A program made the translations under genes and the position numbers. Positions 35,981-49,163 of a stretch of 64,000 bases of DNA are shown piece after piece. Source of the DNA: Trichodelitschia bisporula (Eukaryota); contig ML996689.1 of assembly GCA_010356995.1 (NCBI GenBank), positions 762,691-826,690 on the forward strand, given 5' to 3'. How positions within the stretch are numbered: position 1 is the stretch's first letter; each line of letters begins with the position of its first letter. The notes under the pieces were generated by a model. The model was not told the origin of the DNA. It ran no database searches and was given only the letters and a program-made list of their open reading frames with translations.

Positions 35981-36487
35981 CGGCGCAGAGTTGAGAATGT
36001 CAAGTGATCACTTACCATGCTGTCAAATAAAGGACCATTGCAATGATCACTTATTGAAACGCAAATATGGTTGAAGCCAGCGAAATGTTGCCAGAGGCGC
36101 TGTAGTCATTGGAAGAGGCAGTGATGAGGGAATGAAGAGGGTGAGTTGGAGTGGGTTGGAGAGTAGAGGGTGCAGAATGTCGCCTTTTATAGGAAGATGC
36201 AGGTGGCCTGTGCTCGTCCTGCTTCAGTTAATCTGCGGCGGTAGCAGGAGCGATGAAGCAGTGGCAGAAGTGATCAAGCAATGGCAGGAGCGATCGAGGT
36301 TGCCTTCGCTTGCAGTGCAGCCAAGGGGCCACCGGAAAAACGTGGCCTCAGCGTAAGTTGGCCGTTCACGGCAGTGACGGTTGCTAGCCAGCAGGTTTGG
36401 CGTCGAAGGTGCATGAGATGACTCCTCATGGAAGCTGTCCGACCGCAGTATGGCACGTGTCTGAGATATCTGAAGCGTTGAAGGATC

Positions 36488-36995
36488 TCAATCCATCACA
36501 CCGCCGGTACTTTCAACCACACGAACGACGTCGTCTTTGATCTCCGGCACCGCTGAGATGAGTTCTTTGGCGAGGACGTCCCGGAACTGTGCAAAGGCCT
36601 CCGTCTTGCCCTTGAGCTTCTGGTTCTGCTTCATGACAAGTTCCACAAACTCGCGCGTATAGATATCAGGGTTTCTACCCTCTTGGACGTATTCGATGAC
36701 TTCCGGCGGAATTGTAAATTGGAGATTCGGTACGGTTTCTTCGAGCGCCGCGAGATTGTTCGCAAGGTCGGTGCTGAGGCATGTCAGCAACGGTTGAAGC
36801 TACGCCTCCGGCGAGAGCAACATTTCGCGTTTCATGGCAGCTTCTGTCGGAGCCCCCTGGTGCTCAAGAGCCTGCACAATGAGATTGTACAGATTTTGAG
36901 TGACACTCTTCATCTGGTCTGTCGGACGTCAGTGCGATGCAAGAGTGGAGGATAGAGATCCTACCGTCAACCTGGGCGAGCGTTGCCTGAGCCAT
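36488..36995 (-). CDS. MED10: Mediator subunit Med10/Nut2, 3 exons
   Basis: IPPEVIEYVQEGRNPDIYTREFVE..NQKLKGK motif. Upstream exons MAQATLAQVD and QMKSVTQNLYNLIVQ are joined by two short introns. Confidence 0.93.
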
Positions 36996-37166
36996 TGCGG
37001 AAGATTTTCAACCGTAGGAGCGATTTGTGCTAGAAGGGAAGTCTGAAGAACACGAAGTACAAGTTAGGCAGTTCAAGAGGAAACCAGGTTATTCGTTCAA
37101 AGATTTTGGTTGATGTGGTTTACGAAGACGTGAAGTCAACGCACAAACGCGTGCGGCTCTCGGCGC

Positions 37167-40100
37167 ATGACGCCCGGACCATCGAATATTATGCCGCTGC
37201 TGACCGCCCTACGTCAAGATCACAACTTCAACTCCTCGAGACACGGGACCCGCGCGACGTATCTACACGTTTGCGGTTGCCTGCCTCCACCACAATATGC
37301 CAAACTCCTGGCGATGATGTCCCCTCCAACGCGGACAAGTACTCCCGTTTCGTCAGAAGACCGCGCGACTACACCCGCCCCTCCCGCCGCAGGCAAAGCG
37401 GCCGATGGCTCGCGCCTCGCACCCTCAGTATCGCGACCGGTCGAAGCTGTGAATAAGCCAGTCATAGATGCGCTTTCCGATAAGGCTACAGCTGCCTTCA
37501 TCCGAAGGACACTATGCTCTCACCACGCGCTCTCTGCATCAGGGGAGAAGGGCAGGAGCACACCGCGCCCGATCGACGAACTGCTGCCACCCTTGACCAG
37601 CTCCAACGAGGTCGACTTGCAGCTCTATGCCATCCTCGCAGTCATAATAAAGGAGTTTGTGCTCGCGTGGTACGCGAAGATCACATCGGACCATGTGTTC
37701 GTTGATGAGGTCATCCATACCATTGCACACTGCACACGGGCACTGGAACAACGTCTGAGGAATGTGGATCTAGAGGCGCTCATATTGGATGAGGTTCCGC
37801 AACTTGTCGATGCTCATTTGAATGGTGGAGTATTCCCCTGATTCTTCTCAGCCGCAATCGTTTCCGCGACTAATTTGTGTAACCGTAGGCTTCCGCATTG
37901 CGCACCAGCCATATCCACATCCCCTCGCTAGCACCCCGCGACAAATATACCACTCGCTGAACACGCACCCCGCATTGTCGCCCGTGCCACTAGAGTCAGA
38001 CCCATGGACAGTGGCGGAGCAGCAGCGAAATGAAGAGGCGTGGCGACAGCTCCTCGTGCAGACCGTGCTCGCGGTCTTGCTGCCCACCGAGGACCTCGAA
38101 AACGCCTGCCTTCGGACCCTGGTGACGGAAATACTTTCCGAGATGATCGTCGGAAACGCGCTCAGTGGTAAAGTGTGCGAAGGCTGGATGTTGTGGGACG
38201 GCATAACGCAGCTAGTGCTCGCTTTGCAGCCTGGCAATCCTAAGGACAGCCCTCTCGCGTCGGCAGCAAGCCAGCAGGCCAAATCTGCAAGTCGACTGGA
38301 ACAATTCGGCCTAGTGTCGACGGATGCAAATGACGACGAAGCGCAGCGCACGCAACAGGGTCCCAGGAAGTGGGGACTACGGATGGTGTCAGCAATCTTC
38401 TGGACGAGCATGCAATACCTTTGGTGGACGTGCACGGCGTTATGGATAGCGGTCAGGGCGCTCGCAGCATCGCCATCACTACCTCCGCGATCCAGGGCGT
38501 GGCTTGCAGGTGCATCGGACCCCACAGTAGTGGGGCGTGAAATGCAGAACACGGACATCCCGTCCGCCGCCTCCTCATACCCCGCCAGCACGGACGTCAA
38601 AACGACTCCGGCAGACGTAGTATCCGCGTCGGGATATCGGCAACGTCCCATCCTCACCATGGGTCTGTGGAACATGATGGGACATTTGATGGAGGTTGAC
38701 AGACGCATGCCTTGGCTGTCGGGTCTCGCAGCTCTGATGCAGTGGGGAGCTGTCAACGGACCTGGACGGGTCGGTGATACAAATGGCGCTTTCGACAGGT
38801 GAGTGTTTTGCATTCGACTCCCATCCAATCACGTTGCGAAATTGGCCGAGCATTTTGTGGTTGGTCAATCTTCGACATGGGTCCTGGAGAGATGCCGAGA
38901 CGGAGCTAAAGAAACGGGCCGGGGCTTGTTGACTGGGGGGTGGAAGGGTAAGGATGACAGGGGTCTAAAAGGCCTGTCAAAGGGATACAGGGATCAAGGA
39001 CTGAGATGGCTCGGGGCCTTGGGTCTTTGCGGCTAGCGTTCTGTTGCTTTGGCGTCTGGCCCCCGCATGAGCTTTCAGTCACTTGACTCGACCCCCTGCC
39101 CCTCTTCCCCTCTTTCCCCTCCTTCCACCAACCTCATCATCCTCTCCCCTAACCTATCTCCTTCTCATCTTCTCTTCTCCTTACCTTTCAATTCGTATTG
39201 TTCTTCAGGTTGGCTGCCGAGCACGGCGAATAGCGCACTGCAACACTTTGCGACACTCAAGCTTGCAATCGACTTGCAGTCGACTTGCAGACAAGCTTGC
39301 AGGGCAGTGCAGGAAGCCATTGCGAGCCTTCGCAAGCCATTGGCGATAACGGAGCATGCAACTTGCAATGCCATGCAACTGCTGCAAAGACCGTGGCCGA
39401 GGCCCGTGGCGTTAAGCCCGCGCATGCCAGTGTCGTCACGTTTTCTCCTACCCCTCTTCTCACTCGTCCATCTTTGCTCTCACCCCTCTATCAGACTCTA
39501 TCAGGCCCTCCCACCACTCGTCCTTCTATCCACTCAACTCTCTTCTTTCTCCCCCCTGTCACCACCACCATCAGCAGCAAGCTCGCTCCACTCTCTTCCC
39601 GCCCGTGCCGCTCCCTTCTGCCCCCACTTCCTTCATCGCTCGCCTTTCTTTCCCTTCCTCCCTCCCTCCCTCCCGAGTTCCCTCCCGAGTTCCCTCCCGC
39701 TGCGCACCGCACCGCAGCGCCACGGTTCGCGCCTCCCCGGCAGCTGCGGTGCAGAAAGCGGAAGCGTGCTTGACGCAGGTCTCACCCGCCTCGTCTGTCG
39801 TTCCGGGACGGCAAGCCCCACTCGCCTCATCTTGTCGAGCGTCCGAGCATCCTCGTTTCGCCTTGACTTCTTTTCGCGCCTATTCATCGCGCGAGCTGCG
39901 GATGCATTGGGCAGATGAAGAGCAAAGCCAGACGTTGGAAGTGACCGGGGGGTACAAGGGAACGGACCAAGCGGGCGATCCGTCTACGCGCCCGGGTGAT
40001 CCCCTCCCCGCAATGCCGGGACAGGCCGCGTCCGCGTGCTCCCCCGCCCGGCTACGCTAACCAAGGCGCAACGAGAAAAACCACCCCCTCTTTTGCTTCC

Positions 40101-41997
40101 GTGAAGTCAAAGTCAGTCAGTCATTGTTGTCGCATGTCCCCTCTCCGCTCTCCGCTCTGCCGAATGACAGAGTGAGACATGGGTTGGGAGAAGAACAATG
40201 GCATTGAGACAATGGCTCGTGGCCTCCGGCGGCATGGGATGTACAATGGGGCCTCCCATTGTACTCGATGGCACGGAGCGTAACGGTGACCTGACGCTAG
40301 GCTCGTGTTTCTGCTTTCTGAGCGCGCAGCGCTAGTCAATTGACATGTGCGGCGGGTGTCAGTCGCAACACAAACGGGGCGTACGATGGGGCCGCTGCAG
40401 GCGTTCCCCTTCCTTTCCTTTCCTTGCCTTCACGTTGCAAGCGAGCGATTTCTACTGCGCGTGGCGCGACGCGTTGGAGATGGTTTGAGGTTTGAGGCAA
40501 GGCCCGGCCATAATCAGTGCCATTCTCCCATGGCGGATGTCATCCGCGATCCGTACCACCAGGTCACTCTTTGCAGGTCTTAGTGTCGCGAGGCAGCCCT
40601 GTCGCTTTTTCCCTTTTCCCTGCGTATTGTATCTACCGTACGGTATCCTCATGCACTCATACGGAGATGCCTGGGAGGGAAAAGAGGTCAAAGATGGGAG
40701 GATCGTGAGGCGCCATGGGGGCCTGAGCGCGATTGCAATTGCGAACGCCCAGCGGGCGTACAATTTGTCCAACAGCATACCCCGATCTCGCACACATCCA
40801 CGCACTAGCCCCGCCCCCCACCCCTCCCCTCCCCTCCTCCACTACTCTCCTATCCCCCTCCGCACAACCCAAGATGGCTCAACCTGGCAACGACGTAATT
40901 CGCGAATCTTGCCTGGCCCATGGCCACCAAAACAAAACTCTCCTACCTCCTGCTGCTTCCAAGCCTCCCGCGAAGCAACTTGCAGCACTGGACAATGTCT
41001 CGCATGCTCTCGCTGCAGGTAGACTAGCCCGAGCACCTGGATCCAGCGCTTCCTTCTTCCACCCCAGACTCCGCGCGGACCAATGTCCACGCCAGGCAGC
41101 GCGTGCTCGTGTCTCGCGTCCTCCGAGCATGGAGGTTGGCCACGGGCGTTCGAGTACCGCGTGGAGTCGGACGAGGCTGGGGAGAAGTGTGGAGTGTGGA
41201 GTGTGGAGTGTGGGACGATACTGCACGAGGCAGGGATTCCCAATGCGGCAAAATTTGGGGCTGAATTCCCCCCTCCTTGTAGTCGCGCCGGCGAAATAGG
41301 GACAAAAATGTCTCAGATGGTTGAAAAATTCTGCGCTTTCCCGCCGAGAGCGCGGCGAAATTCACCTCTGCCGCGCATCTCACGATGTCACTACATCCTT
41401 CCCCCAGCTTGCTCGGGCTCCCGGGTTCCCGCAAGAGCAAGCCATATTTTCTTCAGCAACGCTCCCGGTCAGCCCCAAGCCCCTCCTCGCCTATGCCCCG
41501 CTCGGCCATGAAATAGGCAATCGCTGCAATTCGCTATTCCTACCACTTACTATGCTGCAATGGGTCTCAGCACACGCACGGCTAATTGACTACTTTGCAG
41601 GTTCCTCGCGCAGACGCTAACCGCCCCGCTGCGCTCCCCGCACCTTGTTCCCCGCGCGCTGCGCATTGCCCGCGGCGCGCTCTTCCCGGGGAATGCGCCC
41701 GGCCCGCCGCGCAAGGTGCCTACCCCCGAGGAGCAGGCTGCTATCCTGCGACGCTGTGCGGAGGTGTGTGCGGCTGCGATGCCGGCGCCGGCTCGGGCAG
41801 TGTATTTCGGCGGCCGTGATGCGGTGGCTGAGATTGAGGGCATGCTGGGCGTGTTCGGGGACGGGTATCTGAACCGGCATCTCGTGTTTGGCATTCTAGA
41901 ACGGATCGTCGTGCGCCTTGCACCGGAGGTCGCGGAGCAGGGCGTTGGGGGACTAATGGCCGAGAGGGTCGGGGGGCAGTGGGGTGAGGCACTTTAG
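37167..41997 (+). CDS. PXA-domain protein with C-terminal Nexin_C/PXC region (Nvj3-like architecture), 3 exons
   Basis: LLPPLTSSNEVDLQLYAILAVIIKEFVLAWYAKIT, HPAL, LLPTEDLENACLRTLV. Introns 37825-37888 and 38799-41600; last exon has ALFPGN..FGDGYLNRHLVFGILERIVVRLAPE. The true start may be ATG 37314. Confidence 0.88.
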
Positions 41998-43392
41998 GGC
42001 CCTCGATGGGGAGGAGATATTCACGAAGCCCAACTGGGGCCTTTGATAAGCGAGTGCTTTGCACTGAATGGGATATTGCGGACGTCAGAGCTAGGCCCTG
42101 ATCTAGCCTTGCCAAGCACCTGCCAAGCGCGAAGCCGGATACGTGCGTGGGCGGGTCGGGCTGCGGGGGGCGGGTAAGCGGGTGATGTTGGGCGCGGATC
42201 GGCGCGGCTAGGGGGCATCGTGGGCTATTCTACGGCTAGGCTGTGGCAAATTTTCGAGGCGTCAAGTGAGAGTTAATGTTTGAGGGGTGATCCAAAAATT
42301 TGATGCTCGATTTGTGAAGGACCGACCTGTGCCTGCTAGACTAGGAAACCGGAGAGATCTTCAGCCTAGTCGCTTTTGAGCTACCGCTTGCTGCCGCTTG
42401 CTCATTGTGCGGGTTTCTCTGCTCTGGCTTTTTTTCCTCCACGCTTCGTCGAGCGTATGCCCCATACACGTACCCCTGAGGACTGATCAAGGAGATTTTG
42501 GAAGGGAAGAAAAAAGGGACGATAGCTAACTCCAAAATGTGAAAATACCCCGCTCGCGCGAGGAGTTTGACCCCTTTATGTTGTTGTATGACGGACAGTG
42601 CTCCAGAACGCAGGGACGAATAACGCGGAAACGACGCAATTGCGGCGGGACGTGTGGGGGAGGTGCATCTGTAGTTTCTCCCCCTTATCAGTCTCCCTTG
42701 CCGCTGGTGGTTGAAGTGTACGAAGGGAAGCGCAATGATGGAAACAACACGATGCTGGCCAAGGAAAGCGCGATGTCAAATCTCCCGTGCTGCCTGATGG
42801 AAACCGTTCTTTCCCCTTTCCCGTCCGTGAGCCCTGTCCGATCCAACCGTGCCCGCCGTGCTTTCCCTGCCGATATCCCATTTCCCAGCGCTTCCGAGTG
42901 ATATAAGGAAACGCGAAAAAGTTGAGAGCGAGCGTGCGGAAGAACCTAATCGAGTCGACTAAAGGCAATATGAGGAGGCTCAAAAGGACGAAAGGGGGAA
43001 GCAAAAGCCGGCGCAAGTAAAGAAAACGAAGGAAGACGAGCATAACTCGCAATGAAGCAATGAACGAAGCAAAAAGGACAAGATCCGCCATCGCCGTTCC
43101 CCCACCCTCCGTTCCCTTTCCCGTCCCTCCGTACCAGCCCATGAATGCCAAAGATGCCCCAAATCTTCCTCCCAAAACCTCGCCATAGTAGGCTCTCCAA
43201 TCTGAAAATGCAATGCAGGCCCGGGTCGGCATGCAATCCGCTCTCCCACTCTCCCGCAAAACGGCCCAACGGCCTCCTCATCTCCTCCTCTTCACCCCCA
43301 AATCTGGTTCACGATCTCATCGCCCCCATCCTCCCCCCAGCAAAACTGCCAGAGAAGAGAAAGGGGCATACATCGCGACCAGCCCAACGCAC

Positions 43393-45427
43393 TCACTGCC
43401 CATCCCCCCTCGCCCCAAACCCCCCCTGCTCAATCCGATGCATCCCACCCGGCATCTCCCCCCCACCCCTTGAATGCAACTCCAACTTCTGCATCAATTT
43501 CCCCACAACAAGATACTCCTGCGGCTCGAGCTGAAAAAAGCTCATAACAACCTCCAGTGCCCGCCTCGTATCCTCCACACTCGGCGTCCCCCCCGCAGCC
43601 CCCGTGGGACTCCCTCTCGGACTCCCCTTCACATCCGGCGTCGCAGGCGTCTCGACCGACCCTGCATCCCGGCGCGTCAGCATAGATTCCCGGCCTCCCC
43701 CCCCGCCAGACGAAGTCGCCATGCCCATATCCAGCCCCACGACCCCTAGCCCCGTCATCTCGCCCTCGTACTTCCCCAGCGGACTCCCGCGCCCACTCCC
43801 GCCCATTCCCCCTTCCCCTCCCCCGTGTCCCCCCCCAGGCCCCGACTCTCCGCTCCCCCCGCCTCCGCTCCCAGTGAATCCCGCGTCTAGGCTCCCGATT
43901 ACAGGGAATGTCTGGCTGCGGGGCCTAGGGTGGAAAGCGCTGCTCCCGAGGGGCCCGGTCGCGCTGCCGCGTTGAGGTTGTGCTTGGGATTGAGCTTGTT
44001 GTTGCTGGGCGGCGGAGGCGGGCGAGTATGGCGCGTGCAGGCCCGGGCTGAAGAAGGCCTCGGGGCTGGTGGGCGTGTAGCCCGAGGCCGGCTCTGAGTC
44101 GGCGAAGGCGCTGGCGAGCGAGGAGGCGCTGAGACTGTGGTAGGGCTTGTGGTGGGGGAAATCGGGGAAGGGCGCGTGCTTGGTCGGCGGCGAGGTAGGG
44201 GTTTGGTGTTGTGTTTGGTGGGGGGTCAAGGAGGCGGGGCCGCTGACGGAGCTGGAGCGCTGGGAGAGGTGCGGGTGTGGTGAGGAGGGGGAGAGGTTGG
44301 TGGAGGGGGAGTGGGCGCCGGAGGCGGGGTTTGAGACGGGGGTGGAGGCCGGTTGCTGGAGCGAAGAGTCCGGAGCTGAGCTTCCTGCGCCATTCTCGTC
44401 GGCTGCTGCTACGCTGTTTTTGCGCGATTTGGCGCCGGCGCCGAGAAGGTTGTTCTTCTGCTTGAACTTCTCGAGCCAGGACGCGTTGTTCGCCTTCTGG
44501 TGCGAGTCTGGCGAGCCGACGGTGGTGGCGAAGAAGCGCAGCTTCTCGCGGATCAGCGCGTCGGACATGGGCAGGCCTTGCTTCTGGTGGTTCTTCGCCC
44601 AGTTGGAGAGGGCGCGCTCGATGTCGGGGAACTTGCCTTTGGATTTGCGCACGGGCGAGCGGCTGCCGTCGTCGTGCAGGTACTTTTCCTTGTTGCGGAG
44701 GACTTTGGACACGGTGCTGCGAAGATAGCGAAGTTAGGACATGATGCATGTTACTTCAATGGCCTGCTTTGCAGGCCCAAATGGTTAAAGTTCGCCCGTA
44801 CCTTCGTTCCACCCCAAACATCGCTGTTCCATCGTCAGTCTTGTGCTCTCATTCGATTCTCAGCATTCCAAAGTAAATCAACTCACCTCCAATCTCCGTC
44901 TGCTTTACGGTCGGATGCTCCTCAGCATATTGACACATCCTCTTCCGATCTGCATCCGTCAGCGTCTTCCGCGGCGTCGGCGCGCCATGCCTCTGCGGCA
45001 CCGCCAACGGCACCCCAAGCGGATGCCCCTGCAACGGCGACGCATAGCTAGACTGGCTCGTCAACATAGAGGGCCACTGGGGTTGGGCCTGGGGCGTGAT
45101 AAGCGGTTGAAGCTGGTGGTAGGGAGGGCGCTGGTGGTGCTGCTGGGGAGGCGGCATGGAGCTCGACATGGAGGGTGGCATGGCGGAGGTCTGGAAAAGC
45201 GGCTCCATCGGCAGCGCGTTCCACGGCGGATAGCTGGACGGATACTCGTGCGGAGTGTGGAAGGCGGTGTTCGGGCTCTCGAGCGGCCATGACGCGCCGC
45301 CTGATCCGCCGGCTGAGTGCGCGCCGCCTCCCGCGCTGCTCGGCGTGCTGGCGTCGTGGTAGGGGAGGCCGTGATGCGCATCCTGATGGTGATGGTCCGG
45401 CTCCATGCTAATGACTATCATGCTCAT
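43393..45427 (-). CDS. CENP-B/ARS-binding type DNA-binding protein (two HTH domains, no DDE domain)
   Basis: PRKTLTDADRKRMC..KQTEIGAMFGVERSTVSKVLR (via a 22-nt exon 44823-44802) and GKFPDIERALSNW..WLEKFKQKN. A possible extra terminal intron 43396-43347 would move the stop to ~43310. Confidence 0.88.
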
Positions 45428-48400
45428 TCGGGCGGTGGGGCGCGGGGCTGCGCTAATCGGTTTCGACACAGGGCGGGGGCGCCGGTATCAAAGATCCTTC
45501 AACGACGGGGAGTCCTGGATGGGATGGATCCGGGCCGAAGAAGATGTCGTCCAGATATTGAATTCGTCAGCTCAGCCGAGTAACCTGGATTTACCGGTAC
45601 GGACGGCGTGTGTCCGCGCTGAGATTGATCTCCTCGGGTAGCGTTCATGCATAAAACGAACCGATCCCGGTGGCAACTGACGATACGATGCTGAATATGG
45701 GCGTGTGACGGATGACCCAAGATACCTGAGGACGTGGGGGATGCAGAGAGGGGTGAGGTTGTGTGCGTTGGAGGGGTGTGGGTATGATGGGGGGGTGATG
45801 GTCCAAATATGCACAAGGCGCAAAAGGCTGCAGGAAAGAAGACAATTGCGGACGAGGCCCCGCTTGAACACGTATTCTCACATGCGGAGTAAACGGAAAA
45901 GTAAAAATCAAGGCGCGATATGCAGAAGGCAATTGTTATGCAGAAGGTCGAGGTGAATCTGAAGAAGAGAAGAGGAGGGGGGAGTGGATAGTTAACAGGG
46001 ACGTTTGGTGGAGGAAAGGCCGCAGCGGGAAAGGCACCAAAAAGGCAGCAAAGAAGAGAGGGCCCAAAGCCAAATCGCACCGTATAGACCCCCAAGTAGC
46101 AATGGACTAGTAATAACAAGCCTTTTGTATCTACAGATACATGGTATTGTACTAAAGTTACATCGGGGAGGTCCAGAAGGGATCGAGGGGACCGGCACGA
46201 GGAGGTGTTTAACTGAATGGAGGGGGTCCCTGCTCGGTGCCTCGTGGGTATGGACCTTTCTTACTGGACTGGCGCATTTTTGCTCAGTAGAAGGCGGGGA
46301 GGGGAGAGGAGGAGGGGGTAGAAGGGGTGGGAGAGGGAAGACAAGGTGCAAGGCTCGTTCCGGGGGCCCAATGCTAGGCCCAATTTTCCCATCAAGCTCT
46401 TCGAGTTTCGGAATGGAAGACGAAGTAGACGGGTTACAGATTCTTGCTGTCAGTAAGCGGTAACTGGCCGTTTATGGGGTTGAGAGGGAGAATTGAGGGG
46501 GGGGGGATGTACCTGATGATCTCCGACTACCGAATGGAGAGAAGTTGAGCCGATAATTGGAGTAGGATAGCAGGCGCAAAGTGGTCATGCTCTCTGTCAG
46601 ATGGGACGTCCGCTTTGCCTAGCACCGACTTTCCGACTATCGTGATTTCATGCCTCAAGGCTGGGCATGGAATAGCCCGAAGCCTAACCTCGCGGGTGTC
46701 AGCCTCTGAGAGAAGCCGTACGGGAAGTAAAGAGAGAAGCAAGTGAGAGAGAACTTGGAAGAAGAGAAAGAAAAGAGAGCAAAGTCTCAGCGACGGCATT
46801 GGCGCGGCCACAAGAAAGCCTGTCCAGGCGTCGGGCTGTCAGCAAATGGGAATCGTAGCCTGAGCCATGGCCCTGCTCCCACTTGGCCTTTCTATGGTTG
46901 ATATATCCCTCCCAGCGGCGTTTATCGACAAGCATAACCCCCTCTTCCCCTAGTCGGAGTAGCTCTCACCAGCTTTGTACGGCGTAAAACAGCCACCTAA
47001 GCCTCCAGGAAAGGAAAGAAAAATAAGAACAGAAGCGAAAGCTCTTGGTGGAATGCGAGTGGAAGACGGAGAGGCAAGGCAAGCCTATCCTGATCGTACC
47101 GTACATGGCGGCGGATATGGCATCCTCAGGCCTTGGACTGTTCGACATCTTTTCCCCCTCAAGTCGTCTTCCTCCCCCACTCCGCCCAGTCCTCTCCGAT
47201 CCAATCCCTGCTACTCCTTGCACCCAATTGCTCCACTTCTTTCAAAGTCTCCACTCGGGATCTTGAACCTCGTCACCAAGACAATCGATATATTAATATC
47301 ACCTCCACACCCAGGTTTCCAGTCCTCCAGTCCTCCCCAATGTCCTATCCGGCTTGCGAAACGGCTTCCCGACGAAGGCTCCTGGCCGCAGCAACTCCCG
47401 ACAATTCGGCCCCAGGTTGCCAGGTACGAGATAGGACCTTGGGATTGACTGATATTGATTTGCCGACACTGCCTCAGGGCCGCCGCGCCCTAAAAGCAAA
47501 GCAAACGGTGCCCTCGCATTACCAACGGCGGTGGTGAAGATAGGACTACTCAATCGACCCACGGGATCCCGAAGCTGAGGAACTGTCAGGCTGGGGTCTC
47601 CATGCGTCTTTTCGTCCGCCGGGCTGATACCAGGGCCCGGCGCGTCATGTCATAGGGGAGAGGAGAGAGAAGAAACGGAAGACCGGATATCTACGGTAGC
47701 GAGGCGACAACAAGCTGGGGTTGCATTTCGTCATTTCATGCTCCAGGGAAACTGATCCTCAGGGTGGAAGACCGCCCCATCTCAGATCTGACGATTTGAC
47801 GATTATCAGCACCCAAGCATTGAAGCCCGGGCAGCGAGGGGCAAGCGAAACGCAACCGCAGCGCAGTAAACTCCGTTGCCAGCCTCGCGCCAACAGAGAG
47901 CGCGCGCTCGACGCCCAGGGGCTGACGTCCTCGCCACTCAACTGCATTGCAGTCGTCAGTGCGGTCAATGCTTCTCCATTCCGCGGATGCTGCTCCTCTC
48001 ATTCTCGTACGAGCAACGGGAGAGGCTTTGAGCTTCTGCAGACAACCCGCTTAGGCCCTTCTTAGCTCTTAGATCTTCCATCGGCTAATCGTTTACTCAA
48101 ATTCACGATGCGGCGCAGCCGCCGACGTCGGGAAGGATGGTGGCCTACTCGTCGCGAGAAGCGAGATCACTACAAACCGGGCAACTACGCGGGGCGCGTG
48201 TGGGAGGGGTTAGCTGGTGAGCCGAAGCATGATCAATGACAAAGCAAGCTTTGGTGTGGGAGAAAAACGGTCGGTAAAAAGCTAAAAGATCCGCCTTTTT
48301 TTTCCCTTTCCGCTTCCTTCGCCCCGTCGACGACTATGGCGGAAGAGCTGCATCTCGGGGCGGCTCGAGAGCGACGGCCAGAGGCGGGCGCGCTGCAGCT

Positions 48401-49126
48401 TGGCGGGGCCGAGGAGTTGGGTTTGCGAGTTGGGCTGCGGTGGCTTTTTAACTCGGACCATGGCTGATCTGGGGGGTCCGCTTGATCTCGGCTATAGAGT
48501 ACCTCGTAGTAAAGAGAGTTGACACCTTCAAGCGTGGTCGTCAAGTGTCGCACAAGCTCGAGATGAGGCGACACGAGGCGAGATGAGATGGACGAAGATG
48601 ATGGAGATGATGGAGGTGGAGGTGATGGTGGAGGTGATGGCGTTGAGTGTTGAGTGCACAAGCAGCTTCCTTCGGCTGGACCCTAGATTACGTAGCCGTG
48701 ACGATATCGCCAAAGGATCAAGGGCAACTACCACCCGCACATCATCCATCCCGCTCCTTCCATGGGTTGTTGTTGCTGCTCGCTTCACGCACATAACGAA
48801 CATCCGAGTCTAACCGCTGCTTACCACCTCATACCAGCTCACCAGCAACCATGGAACAATTGACATCTAATATACCCCTCCTAACCCTCCGGCATATATA
48901 CGAACCATGCCGACCATCCATCCCAACGTCCCAACAGCCCGTAAACCCTTCATCTATCCCTCCAAACCCTCCTCCGCGTCACCGTGAACCCAACCCCATC
49001 TCCCGCGTCGTCCCAGGTCCTTCCCCGCCTGCAGCAAGCATACAGGACAATCGCATCACCTGGCGCCAGTCGCAGCCAGCCCAGGACGCCCCTCCAACAC
49101 CACGCAGATTACAGGGCAAAGAACCT

Positions 49127-49127
<1 letters not shown>

Positions 49128-49161
<34 letters not shown>
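49128..49161. repeat. Poly-C/G homopolymer of ~34 nt
   Basis: Directly visible. Confidence 0.9.

Positions 49162-49163
<2 letters not shown>

Larger units (their letters stand above)
34054..36150 (-). ncRNA. Non-coding, multi-intron snoRNA host transcript
   Basis: TATAAAA at 36191-36185 then a CT-rich leader. Seven introns with donor, branch and acceptor: 36015-35785, 35615-35323, 35189-34990, 34953-34789, 34734-34564, 34525-34315, 34276-~34054. Internal exons are 36-169 nt with no recognisable ORF. Confidence 0.8.

Noticed and set aside
37848..38828. 326-aa antisense ORF, and similar shadow ORFs over other genes
   Set aside because: Mirror frames of GC3-biased real genes.
38799..41600. Telomerase RNA inside the giant intron
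   Set aside because: The size fits, but I found no TAACCCTAA-type template on either strand.
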